From: Rhina ancylostomus
Taxonomy: Eukaryota
Direction: 5' to 3'
Assembly: GCA_030265395.1 (NCBI GenBank)
Contig: JARFYF010000012.1
Span: 20,032,621 to 20,096,620 of the forward strand
Length of the DNA stretch: 64,000 nt
This document shows, piece after piece, positions 12,990 through 25,360 of the stretch. Position 1 is the stretch's first letter. The number at the start of each line of letters is the position of its first letter. A program made the translations under genes and the position numbers. A model generated the notes under the pieces. The model was not told where the DNA came from. It saw only the letters and a program-made list of their open reading frames with translations, and did no database searches.

Positions 12990-13830
12990 CTTGATTTTGC
13001 GGTTTCTGTGTGGACACTGAAAGCATCCATTCAACTGTCCTTTTGCTTCCTTTGCCAATTTGTGCCTCATAATGTCAATTGCTCTGTGATCTTACAACAA
13101 CTGGCAATTCCAACACCTTCCACCATTCTCCAGTTGAGGGTTATTCACTCTCTCCAACTTTTGCTTACCATGCATTTTAATTGGCTTCATACCTTCAGGA
13201 TCTTGCTGGAGTATGTCCTCGGTTAAGTTTGTATTTTCTCAGAGGTAGATGGCTGAATACCTGCTGACGGTATCTTTATTTGTATCAGCACAATCTCCAC
13301 TGACTAATTGTCCATCTATGTCTTGATCTTGAAATCTTACTGTTTCCTCCCATTTCCACAAATGGTGTAGATGACATACAAGCCTAGTTCTACTCTACCT
13401 GAATTGACTTCAATGTTATTCAAACCCTCTCTCACTATTTTCCAGTTGGACATATTTCCCCTCTGTGAAAGGATCACAGTGCTCACACTGCTCTGGTTAG
13501 TTGTCACCATATGTTCCCTTTCTCTGGCACATTTTTGCTGCCTTAAAACAACAGATGTGTAGTCAATGGCTGTCTTTGCATCTGTGGTAAGAACTCACCC
13601 ACTCACATTCACGTGATGTGGACCTTGTTTCAGGAACAAAGCTTTTGCCTCTGCCTTCTGACCATAATCTGTGGTCATTTTTGTGCTTACCAACAGATTC
13701 AATTCCACAGCATTTTTCAATGTCATTTCTATCAACGTTGCTCATTCGCAAGCCTGACAAGATTTTGTATACTTAACAATTTGGACCAAATCTGGTTGTC
13801 ATTTAAACCACTCACAAATCTATCCCACAG
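12990..13830 (-). mobile_element. Highly decayed Gypsy gag-pol remnant
   Basis: Minus strand near 13510-13600 reads YHRCKDSH*LHICCFKAAKMCQRKG (degenerate gag zinc knuckles). Downstream sequence resembles a Gypsy RT start. Confidence 0.4.
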
Positions 13831-13877
13831 TACCAGATTAAAAAATAACCAAAGTTGCAATGTTCTCAGATTGATGT

Positions 13878-13948
13878 GTTATTGGTTTCAAAGACAACTT
13901 CTTTAAATGACGTGTGCGTTATTGGTTTCAAAGACAACTTCTTTAAAT
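13878..13948. repeat. Direct tandem duplication, 31-bp exact unit with 40-bp period
   Basis: GTTATTGGTTTCAAAGACAACTTCTTTAAAT at 13878 and 13918. Confidence 0.95.
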
Positions 13949-13964
13949 AGGTGTCTAGTTACTG

Positions 13965-14140
13965 GTAATTGGTTTATTATTGTAACATGTACTGAGATAT
14001 AGTTAAAAGCTTCTGTTTGCATGCCATCCAGAGAGGTCAGTCCATACATAAGTATATTGAGGTAGCACAAAAGGAAAAAAAAAACAGAATGAGGAATTTA
14101 GTGATACAGAGAAAATGCAGGCAGACAAAGAGCAAGGGTA
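13965..14140 (-). mobile_element. Rex1/Babar 3' UTR fragment
   Basis: TAATTGGTTTATTATTGT..ACATGTAC..GCATGCCATCCA.. matches the 3' end of the Rex1 copy at 16088. Confidence 0.7.
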
Positions 14141-14594
14141 TAACTCCTCATGGCAATTGTTGGTGCATTCCCATTTTCAATATGATCCAAAATATTATTT
14201 GCTTTAAACAACCCTCTAAACATATGGTGAAAGACTTGTATGTTTACTCCTAAAAGCAGTTCAAATGCCATTGACACCAGTGACAAGGCTCAGGATATGC
14301 CACCAGAGGCTTAGTACCTGGTGAAGTCTTGCACTGCCTCATGGTCTCCAGTAGTCACAGGAACTCCTCCCTCAGCTATCTCCTATTGAGTCCTCCTGTA
14401 GCTCGGTACAGGTGCAAATTCCACTGATGCACCAGGTTTGTGAGTGTCATATTGGCTAGTACCACAAAATGGCTTTCACAACATTTTGTGAACCTGAAAC
14501 TTCCTTGCTGGGTGAAATCCTCCTTATCAGAATACCACTGTTGGCATAGCTTCTTTGCCTGTGCATCGACTTCTGATATCATTGGGGTGGTGGA

Positions 14595-14835
14595 TTCAGG
14601 GCCTGGTCCAACCAGGGATTCTTGATGGGAGATAGCTGAGGAATTGGAGTTCAAGCCTGGTCCAACTAGGATTTCTAGATGGGAAGTAACTGAGGGGAGA
14701 TGTCAGGGCCTGGTCTAATCAGTGGTTCTTGGGGGGCAGAGGCTGCTAACGGGAGAGGTCAGGGCCTGTCCAATCAGGAATTCTGGGTGGCATACAGCTT
14801 AGGGGAGGGGGTTAGACCATGATCCAATTGGTGTT
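14595..14835. repeat. Degenerate minisatellite, about 55-bp unit, about 5 copies
   Basis: Recurring CAGGGCCTGGTCCAA(T)CAGG..TTCT..GGG..GCTGAGGGGAG. Confidence 0.7.
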
Positions 14836-16087
14836 AAGGGATGGGTGTGAGATTGTGGGTTGAGTTCACAACTGTGAGGGAGTGAGGACAAAGAATAAGA
14901 AGTATGGGAGTGGGGTCCCATAAACCAGACTGGGCTATGAAGATGTAGTTGCCCTCAAAGTGTTCAACAATGATTGCCTCCTGAAACTCATAGTCCAATT
15001 TCCCCATCAGTGCTTTCCTGTGTGTCTTACACTGGGACGTGATAGGATTGAACTTCTGGAAATGGCAATGATCACATTTCACCCATTTTAAATACATTTT
15101 CAATCACAATGAAATAAACGGCGCTTTGCAATCTGATTTCTAAGCCCCATTGTTTACAGTATGGTCTGGGATCAAATACTTTATGATGTTAGCAAGATTT
15201 AAATTTCAGGGGGAAAAGACAAATGGCCCTTCAATCATTTTATAAAAGCAGACAATTCTTTTTATGTATTAATTCTCTGATTTATAACTCTATTGTATAT
15301 TATTTGCAATCTTGACCTTTCCACGCTCTGCCTGAATAGATCGTGTAATGCAACCAAGAAATGTATCTTTAACTAACCACCCATATAATAAGAGCCAGGT
15401 CCATCATTTCAATCATTCACACAACACTCTTTAAGCTGTCTGAATGAATTGTGGTCCCTGGGCATTGCAAAGCAAATGAGTCACTTTAAATGCACTCTGA
15501 AACATTCAGTATCTTCTAAGATCTTCCATGTATGGTTTATCCTAAGTAATTTTATCAAGGAATTTTAACTTTGCCTATTTACTGAATAATAAATAATTTT
15601 TTGTTTTATATTATTTGTTCAGTTGAGTTTGCATTCATGATTTTATTTACTATTATAGGTCTTCACTAGTCTGAAAATGAAATTTATTCAGATTCGCAAA
15701 GTTTCAGGTTTACAGTATGTTGTGAGCACCCTTTCAATAAAAAAAGCCTTTGTACTTATTGATGATATCCCTTGATGGAAAGAACTTAATACCAGTGGCT
15801 AATTAAGCCTCAATCTAAGAGTAAAATTTTGTTGCACATTTTCTATCTAAACTATCCTGGAACAAAAAAGTTGCTATTGACAGTTCGTCCCGAGCAGAGA
15901 TCTACATCAGCTGTTTTTCTAGCTGAGCAGCTGCATGTTGCTAATTACCAAGATATAATCGGCCATAAAATTTACCCAGATTAACACCAATGTGTTACAT
16001 TGGCACCCAAATTGTATGGGATTGTGTCCATTGAGAAAAATCCATGATGCACAGTGGTAAGAACATAACAGGTCCTGGGTATAATTA

Positions 16088-16870
16088 ATAATTGGTTTAT
16101 TATTGTCACATGTACCGGGATACAGTACAAAGAAAAACTTTATTTTGCAAGCCATCCATACAGATGATTCCACAACATGAGTACATCGAGGTAGTACAAA
16201 GGGAAAAGCAATAAAAGAATGCAGAATATAGTGTTACAGTTACAGAGAAAGTGCAGTGCAGACAGACAAATAAGGTGCAAGGGCCATGACGAGGTAGAGT
16301 GAGAGATCATCTTCATCATACAAGAGGTACATTGAAGAGTCTTACAACAGATGGATAGGAGCTGCCTTTGAGCCCGATCATGTGTGTTTTCAGGCTTTTG
16401 TGTCTTCTACCCGATGGAAGGGAGGAGGAGAATGACCAAGGTGGGAGGGGTCCTTGATTATGCTAGCTGCTTTCTCGAGGCAGTGGGAAGTGTAGACACA
16501 GTTCTTGGAGGGGAGGCTGGTTTTTGTGATGGACTGAGCTGTGTCCACAACTCTCTGCAATTTCTTGTGGTCTTGGGCAGAGCAGTACTTGCTGTGGTGC
16601 ATATATAAAAAGTGGTGAGGGTCAACAGAGACATACCAAACTTCTTTAGCCTTCTGAGGAAGTAGAGGTACTGGTGAGCTTTCTTGGCCATGCATCTACG
16701 TGGCTGAATCAGGACAAGCTATTGGTGATATTTACACCCAAGGAACTTGAAGCTCTCAACCGTCTCCACCTCAGCACCACTGATACACACAGGGCGGTGT
16801 GCTCCATCCCGCTTCCTGAAATCAATAATTAGCTCTTCTGTTGTGCTGGCATTGAGGGAAAAGTTATTGA
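16088..16870 (-). mobile_element. Rex1/Babar LINE, 5'-truncated
   Basis: NNFSLNASTTEELIIDFRK, VETVESFKFLG, AKKAHQYLYFLRRLKKFG, KKLQRVVDTAQSIT; tail ending AATAAACCAATTA. Confidence 0.9.
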
Positions 16871-17039
16871 TCAGGAATTGGAAGTGCTGAGGCTGCCATA
16901 GGCTCGGCAGAAGGTGATTTGGAGCCTGTTCCACCACTCAGCTGGATCAGGAATGTGAGAAGTCTACTCAGTGTGCCCTCATGGGTTTCAGTGATAATGT
17001 TATAGTCATGCAGGATCAATGCTGAGGCCGGCGAAAGAA

Positions 17040-17225
17040 AAAACCTGTGGAGAAGGTTTTTACTACACTGCAAGATTTTTCAAATACAAGAAAAGCTCCT
17101 TGCAATTTACTGAGGAGTGATGTCTGAGGAAAGAAGTTGTAGCTGAGTTGCACCACCTGCAAAGGTTTGAAACTGTGATCCATTAGAGCAACTGCATTGC
17201 TGGTGAAAAATGAGGTAACCAGCCC
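17040..17225 (+). mobile_element. Harbinger/PIF transposase N-terminal fossil
   Basis: From 17100: LQFTEE*CLRKEVVAELHHL, then RATALLVKNEVT, resembling HARBI1-like transposase N-termini. Confidence 0.45.
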
Positions 17226-18033
17226 AATGATAGGAAATCCGTTGACAATCTGCCACCGTAGAGCAATTGAGTAGAGTGATGTTTAAATGAGTGAAATCTA
17301 CTGCAACTCCAGGTTACTGAATTCAGTACGGTTCACAAAAATAACAGGAACAAGGGCAGTTTTGCAGCCAATACACTCCACCTTTGCATGGTTGGTTTCA
17401 ACTTAATGTGGAGTCAGCAGAAAACTATCTATTAAATCATTTTTTATTGATTAAGGAGTAGGCATCATTCATACAAAACTAAAAAAGGAAACCTGTAAAT
17501 ACAGATGTTTCAGGCAAAATGTTTCCTCAGAATTTCATGATTTGTTCCTTGTGGAGCAGTCTAATTTGACTGAATTGTTTAATGCCAGCAAACAAACAAA
17601 AGGTTGGCTCCTGGAAGGCAAAAGAGAGATGCCAATGGCCTCTCCAGTGAATCCCTTCTTTTCAAGATATAGTGCTCCCCAAAACCAGCAAGCTCATGCA
17701 ACAAGTCTTCAGAGTGTCATAAGGCAAAGTATAGAAATACAACAACAAGGCTTTTGTTTATACCCTTCATTACTTCAAATTTATATGGGGCTGTCAATTA
17801 ATCACAGTCAAATTAATAACAGATTTGCACATTTCTAATCCCACTGAGATCACAATGAAATCCTGTCATAGCAGACAAGATGCAAATATTATGAGACCAC
17901 TTTAAAAAATATCCCCTTTGTATCATTGCAGCTGTCAGTACCACATGACTTTTAATGCTTACAATACTTTTATTGATTACATTGCATTATCTGATTGGAT
18001 TATGTTTGCTGCTGCAGCTTGTGCACCAACTAT

Positions 18034-20660
18034 TAGAATCATAGAGTAAAACAGCATAGAAACAGGCCCTTTGGCCCAAATGGTCCATGCCGACAACAGC
18101 ATCCTCCATGCTAGTCCCAGTTGCCCATGTTTGGCCCATAACTTTCCAAGCCCCTCCCCTCCATGTACTTATCCAAATGCATCTTAAATGTTACAACTGT
18201 ACCCACCTCGACCACTTCCTCTGGCAGCTCATTCCAGGTACTCTCTACCCTCTGTGTAAAGAAATTACCTCTCAGGTCTCTTTTAAATCTTTGCCTCTTA
18301 TCTTGTATTGGTGCCCTCTCATTTTGGACTCCACAACCCTGGGGAAAAGACTATGACCGTCCACCTTATCCATACCCCTCATGATTTTGTCAACTTCTAT
18401 GAGGTCACTCTTCAGCCTCCTACGCCCCAAGGAATAAAGATCCAGAGTGGCCAACCTCTCCCTATAACTCAGGCCCTCTAGTGCTGGTAGCATCCTCGTA
18501 AATATCTTCTGCACCCTCTCCAGCTTGACAATGTCTTTCCTATAATGGGGTGACCAAAACTGTCCACAGTACTCTAAGTGTGGTCTCAACAACGACTTAC
18601 ATAACTGCAACATAATGTCCCTACTCCTAAACTCAGTGCTCTGACTGATGAAGGCCAGCACACTAAACACCATCTTCACTAGTCTGTCTACTTGCACTGC
18701 CACTTTCAGTGAATTGTGCACTTGTACTCCCAGATCCCTCTGTTCCACAACACTCTTCAGTGCCCTGCCATTCACTGTATAAGTTCTCCCTGGTTTGAAT
18801 ACCTAAAATGTATCACCTCACACTAATCTGAGTTGAAATCCATCCTCAGCCCATTTCCCTAACTGATCAAGATCTCTTTGCAATTCATTGTAACCTGATT
18901 CACTAGCAATGACCCCTAATTTAATATCATCAGCAACCTTGCTGATTGTGCCAAGTGCATTCATATCCAAATCATTTTCTTACATAAAGAATAACAGAGG
19001 TGTGGACACTGACTCCTAGGGCACCCCACTAGTCATGGGCTTCTCGTCAGAGATCTTACCTTCAACCATCACCCTCTGTTTCCTATCCTCGAGCCAATTC
19101 TGAATCCACCTCTCTAGCTCCCCCTGAATCCCATGCGACCTAACCTTCCAGATCAGCCTGCCATGCAGGATCTTGTCAAAGGCCTTACTAAAGTCCAAAT
19201 AGACAATATCCACTGCCCTACCTTCATCTCTCCCCTTAGTTATCTCTTCGAAAATCTCCAAAAGATTTGTCAGACATGAGTTCCCACGCACAAAACGACC
19301 CTGATTATCACTGATCAGGCCTTGGCTATCCATGTGATGGTAGATCTTGTCCCTCAGAATTCCTTCCAGTAACTTCCCTACAACTGAAGTTAGGCTCATT
19401 GGCCTACAGTTCCTTGGCCTATCCTTGCTACCATTTTTGAACAATGGAACAACATTAGCCACCCTTCAGACTTCTGGAACTTCGCCAGTGGCTAACAATA
19501 AAGCAAACAATAAAGGGCCTCCACAATTTCTTCCCTGGCCTCCCATAGAGTCCGGGGGTGCACTTGGTCAGGTCCTGGGCATCTGCCCACCTTAATGCAC
19601 TTCAAGGCTACAAATACCTCCTTTCTTGTAATAAGCTTAAGATCCAAGACCTCACTACTTATTTCCCTCATTTCTCTGGCATCCATGATATTTTCCTTAG
19701 CAAACACTGAAGATAGATAGATATTAAAAATCTGAGCCATGTCCTGTGGTTCTACACATAGTTGGCCCTGATGGTCTTTAAGAGGACTTAGTCTCTCCCT
19801 AGTCACCCTTTTACTGTTAATATAACTGAAGAACCTCTTGGGATTATCTTTAACCCTGCCTGCCAAATCCATCTCATACCCTCTTTTTAGCCTCCCGATT
19901 TCCGTCTTAAGCCTAGTCTTTTTATATTCGTTGAAGGATTCACTTGTGTCTAGCTGCCTAAACACAATGTACGCTTCCTTCTTTTACCTGACCAGAGCCT
20001 TGATATCTCTCATCAGCCAGGGTTTCCCGAACTTTGTATGTCTACTCTTTACCCTTACAGGAACATGCTGCACCTGGACTCTAGATATGACCCTTTTAAA
20101 AGCCTCCCACTTCCCAACTGTTCCTTTGCCTTTAAATAGAGTCACCCAGTCAACCCCAGCTAGATCCTGCCTAATGCCTCCAAAGTTGGCCCTGCTCCAG
20201 TCAGGACTTGAACCTGTGGACTAGTTCTATTTTTTTCCATAACTATCTTAAAACTAATTGAATTATGGGCACTGGACTCAAAGTGCTCCCCAAATGCCAC
20301 TTCAGTTATTTGGCCCACCCCATTCCCCAAAAGGAGGTCCACTATTGCTCCTTCTCGAGTAGGTTCCTCTGAGGAAACTGTCTTGGATGCACCACACAAA
20401 TTCTGCCCCATCCAGACCCTTTGCACACTGGGTGGCCCAGTCGATACTGGGAAAATTGAAATCTCCCACCAGCACTACTCTACTATTTTCACAACTGTGT
20501 GCAATTTCTCGACACACCTGCTCCTCAAGTTCTCACTATTGGGGGGGGGTCTATAATATTGCCCGACCAAGGCGATCATCCCTTTCTTATTTCTAAGTTC
20601 TACCCAAATGGTCTTGTTAGATAATCCCTCAAGAATATCCTCTCTATCCTCTGCCTTAGT
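18034..20660 (-). mobile_element. CR1 LINE, long copy with partial APE endonuclease and RT, frameshifted
   Basis: VVLVGDFNFPSIDW, EPTREGAIVDLLLGN, KDNPKRFFSYI, ANVVPLFKNG, VYLDFSKAFDK, RPHLEYCGQFWSP; CR1 3' end at 18034-18080. Confidence 0.95.
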
Positions 20661-22307
20661 GGATATCCTTGATTTAAGGTTCTTCTTTTTCCCATTATAT
20701 CACGTTGAGTTCTGAGCCAGCATTACTTCCTCACTAACTCATGTCCTGACAACCTCTAAGTTAATCTCTAGTCCTGGAAAGGTTATCTTTCTTGTCATTT
20801 TTAACTGACAAGAAGGATGGTGAGATTTCAATCAGATATCTAAATATACCAACACCAACTGCCTGTGACTTGTGATTTCCTCAGTGCACAGCTGAAGTTA
20901 CACACACCTTTCAGACACACCGATGATTAAACAGTTTAATAACTGCCTGATAAATGTGAAACTATCAGTGGTACCCTCTGATTGGCTGTTTAGTAGGTGG
21001 ACACAGGTTAACATTTTCAACATTCATTCCACTTCCCCACCTCACTGATGGTCCCCAGTACTGGCTTCCGATCTGACCATGTCTTCATCCTCTCCCCCCA
21101 GAGGCTATTATAAACCAGCTGATTGTGACTTCTCTTTCCCCCCAGGCCCTGGTCTAACCACCGGGTGCTGATTTTCTTCCCCAGTCCCCATCTCATCTCC
21201 CACATTCCCCCACACCTCCAGCACCCAGCCTCCCTCCCTTTCATCCCTGCCTCTCATGACTTACCATCCATAATCTGACACCACCTGAGTTCCTCTGCAA
21301 TGGAAGCAATGGCTTTTGTGTGCACAAATCCCGCAAGTTCAATTTTATTCCACAGAACCCTTTGGGCCTTGTGTACAATGAAATATTCCAGCAAGATATC
21401 AGGTCCCTTACAAGGGTTTGTCTGCTGTGCACTGCCCGTTTTACACGTCCTTGGAGGCATGGCACAATGTCTTGCCCAAGTGTTTCCTCTTTTCAGGTAA
21501 ATCGATAATTATGACATAGATCTATGCAAAATATAAGACACAAATTAGATAAATGTCTTGTGCAGACTGTGAATGTGACCAAGCTAAAACTGTAGCTAAA
21601 ATGCTAGATGCATTACAGAAATTTAAAACTGAATTGGGAATCAATGTAAAATAATATAAATGTGTAATGATTTAATAAATTTTGTAACAGCAGGTTTTAC
21701 CTGCTGAATTCAAAGAAAGTCATTTTACTTTGGAAACAAGAAGCTTACAGTATGAAATATATTTTAGACCAGTCAGAAAATTAATAAAAGAAGCTTCTGT
21801 AGATTAAAAATGAATATTTGCTAAAGGCTAATGACTGGGGCTTCATGCTCAGACAATCTGATAAGGTTCCTTAGAAACAAATGAATATAAATCCATAATA
21901 GATTGTCAAATGTGCCACTGTCCTAGAATAGATTACAAAGAATGGACTTGATGGTGGATGGTGGGACAATTTAGTTCAGTGGAAACGTTTAGAAGGGAAA
22001 GGCAGTCATAAAGAAATATGGTAATTGTCATTCTAATGCTAAAGGGGGTTGATTTTAACTGTTTGGTTGCTGAGCAGTGGTGTGGACTAAGAGAAGCCAG
22101 AAGTGCTTAAATGCCAAGGTGCAATTAAATAGAACTGATGAGCTACCTGCCACAGATGAGCATCCAGGTGTAGCTTAATACTGAGGAACCCAGTGTGTGC
22201 CTGATTGACACTATGGTAGTCCTACTCTTCATCCACAAAAATCAACGTACACTTCCTTGTTTGAGGTCTCTTTAGCTGTATCACCAACAATGTTGGTCAT
22301 GAGATAT

Positions 22308-23235
22308 ATGTCATAGAGTTATACAGCATGGAAACAGGCCCTTCGGCCTAACAAGTCCATGCCGACCATGGTGTCTTCCTGAGCTCGTCTCACTTGCCTG
22401 CATTTGGCCCATATCCCTCTAAACCCTTCCTATCCATGTACTGTACAAATGACTTTTAAATGCTGTAATATTACCTGCCTCCAATACTTCCTCTGGCAGC
22501 TCGTACCATATAGCCACCACCCACTGCATGAAAAACTTCCCTCTCAGGTCCCCTTTAAATCTTTCGCCTCTCACCTTAAACCAATACCCTCTAATTTTAG
22601 ACTATCTACCCTGGGAAAAAGACTATGATCACCCGTCTTATCTATGCCCCTCCTTATTTTATAAATCTCTATAAGGTCACCCCTCAGCCTCCTTTGCTCC
22701 AGGGAAAACAAACCCAGCTCTATCCAATTTCTCTGTTCATCAACATTCCTTACCGCTCCACCTTTCACTGCATATGGCCTTCCCCTATTTGACTTCCCAA
22801 AACACATCAGCCTGAACTTGTCGGGATTGAATTCCACCTGCCAATGCTCTGCCCAATTTTCCACCTGATCTATATCCTGCTGTAGCCTTAGACAACCTTC
22901 TTCGCTATCCATAACAACACCAATTTTCGTGTCATCTGCAGATTTACTAATCATACTTCCTACATTCATATCCAAGTTGCGTTTATATATCAAACAACAA
23001 TGATCCCAGATTTGATCCCTGTGGTGCACCACTGGTCATGGGCTTCTAAATTGAAAATCATCCTTCCACCACTACCCTCTGCCTCTTCACACTGGCATTA
23101 TTAGCCAGCTCATCTTGGATCCAATGTGTCTTACCTTCGGGACCGGCCTACCATGCGGGATCTTGCCAAATGCCTTACTGAAGTCCATACAGACAACATC
23201 TACCTCCCTGCTTTCTTAGTTACCTTCTTAGTAAT
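22308..23235 (-). mobile_element. CR1 LINE 3' part with internal deletion
   Basis: ISKSADDTKIG, LQQDIDQVENWAEHWQVEFNPDK, LFSLEQRRLRGDLIEIYKI; CR1 tail present. Confidence 0.92.
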
Positions 23236-23408
23236 GAGATTCATGCTGCAGTAAGAACAGCATGCAGACTGAGGAGCAAAAGAGTGCCGAGAGAGAGAAT
23301 GAAGACATGAGAGAGAGAATGCGCTTATACAGGATCAAGGGAATGCTGAGAGGAGAGAGAAGGAGAAAATGCTCAAGAGCCAAATATGTGGGTCATTGAG
23401 AGGAGACA

Positions 23409-23540
23409 CCTGATGAAATGTCACTGATATGAAATGTTATAATTCTTTCTCTTTCCACAGATGTTGCCTGACTTCCTGTATATTTGCAGCACTTTCTAGT
23501 TTTATTTCAGATTTCCAGCAGATGGAGTGTTTTGATTTTA
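23409..23540 (+). repeat. Penelope-like pLTR-derived repeat
   Basis: CCTGATGAAATGTCACTGATATGAAATGTT...CCACAGATGTTGCCTGAC...TTTCAGATTTCCAGCA, retaining a CTGATGA..GAAA core. Confidence 0.65.
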
Positions 23541-23654
23541 TACTGAAGTCCCCTAACACTGTTCCCATTCCAGAATGCTTTTTCACACCCTTTCCAAGGC
23601 GCTGATCTCCCTCCTATAATGTGGTTTTAAGAATAAGTGGTACCTTTAAGAATT

Positions 23655-24290
23655 AGTGGCAGGCAATGACCATTTCCCACAAGAGAAAGTCTAATGACTT
23701 ACCCTTGGCATTCAATGGTATTACCATTACTGAGTGACCACCAACGTTCTGAGGATGAACATTCACCAGAAACTAAATTGGGCCAGGCACACAAATACCA
23801 TGACTACAACAGCAATTGCAGGCTGAATACCAAGAACAATCAAGAAAGTTGACACCATCCTGATCAAACCAACTCCTTTAATTGGTAACTCAACCTAAGC
23901 ATACATTGCCTCCACCACCAGCACATCATGGTTGCAGTGTGTGGCATTTACAAAATGCACAGCAGTTACTCCCCTTGGCTACTCCTACAGACCCTCCCAA
24001 ACCTATAATCCTTATTACAAAGAAGGTTAAGGCTTCAGGTGCATGGGAGCACCACCAGCTGCAGGTTCCTTTCCAAATTACAGAATATCTTGACTTGGGA
24101 ATGTATTGCCTTTGCTTCATTGTCATTGGGTCTGAATCCTGGAACTCTCCATCCAAAAACGCTGCGGAAACACTTTCACAAAAGAACTGCAGTGATTCAA
24201 GAAGGCTGCTCAACACCAGTTTCTCAGTGTCACTATGGATGGGCAATAAATTCTAACCTTGCCAGTGACACCTACACCCTGAAAAATAAT
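23655..24290 (+). mobile_element. Old CR1/L2-group LINE 3' remnant
   Basis: FIVIGSESWNS-type RT C-terminus; 3' end GGATGGGCAATAAAT..CCTTGCCAGTGAC. A related copy lies at about 55420-56380 on the minus strand. Confidence 0.6.
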
Positions 24291-25360
24291 AACAATAGAA
24301 GTGCTGACAATCCAGCTGTCCCCACATTTCCTTGCTTCTGTACCCTATGGCTCTATTAATGAAGCCAAAGATCCTGAATACTTTTTAACAGCCCTCTGAA
24401 CTCGTCCTGCTAATTTCATCAACGTGGGTAGCACATCCTTAAGTCTCTTTGTACCTTTCACAATAATACCCTTTAGTTTTATTTTAACATTCCTTATTAT
24501 TCCTATCAACATAAATCACTTGACACTGCTCTTTATTAAATTTCATTTGCCACACCTCTGCCCATTTCACCAGTCCTCTGCTTCTTCCTGAAGTCTATTT
24601 CCAACCTCCTCATGATTTATAATGCATCCAACAATATGCCAAGGAGTTTGATTGTGAATATTAACTTCCAATCTACTCAACAAAACATGCGGAGGAAAGA
24701 AACACCATAAACCATAGAATCTTACCGCACTTGGAAGAATAGATGTTAAGAATGTGGATGAGACAATTGAAAAGGAAATGGTTTATATAATATTCTTGAA
24801 GTTGATGGGTTGTACTTTCATGCAATTCAAGTCAATTGACTGGTGTCTTGAATATATCTCTGAAAATCATTATTTTTGTTCTGTTCTGATAAATTCTTAT
24901 GCTTTAATCGTAAACTCTACATCCATATATGATGATAATATAAGTATGTTCTTCCATCTTTTACTCATCTGAGTTTGTAAGTGATAGCCACCCTTAATCC
25001 TTAATTTGCAAACATTTTCCGTTTTTATTGTAGGTATATTTTAACGTAGGTGCAAGTTAGATGCATCATTTCTGCACAAGGAAATCCTTACTCCTTTTAT
25101 GCAATAAAAGAAGATGCAGTAATAAGGCACACTGATAATTCATTTGGTATATGATATTTGTTTGTTGAATTTAATGAGTTTAAGGAGCTGATTGTGCGGG
25201 GAGGTTCTGCCAGATGGGAAGTACCTCCTTAGCACTGGATACAGAGTTCATGAGTTGGGTTTGAATGAAAAGTTCCATGAGTTTCACTTCTTCTGAATAG
25301 TAACTTAGCCTAGAATTTCCTGGAAACCTCTGATGTAACAATGGCATGGATATACTAAAA

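Noticed and set aside
13878-13948. CRISPR-like direct repeat
   Set aside because: Only two units, a 9-bp spacer, no cas genes and a vertebrate context.
18034-20660. Active or domesticated reverse transcriptase gene
   Set aside because: ORF2 is broken by multiple frameshifts and stops and is 5'-truncated.
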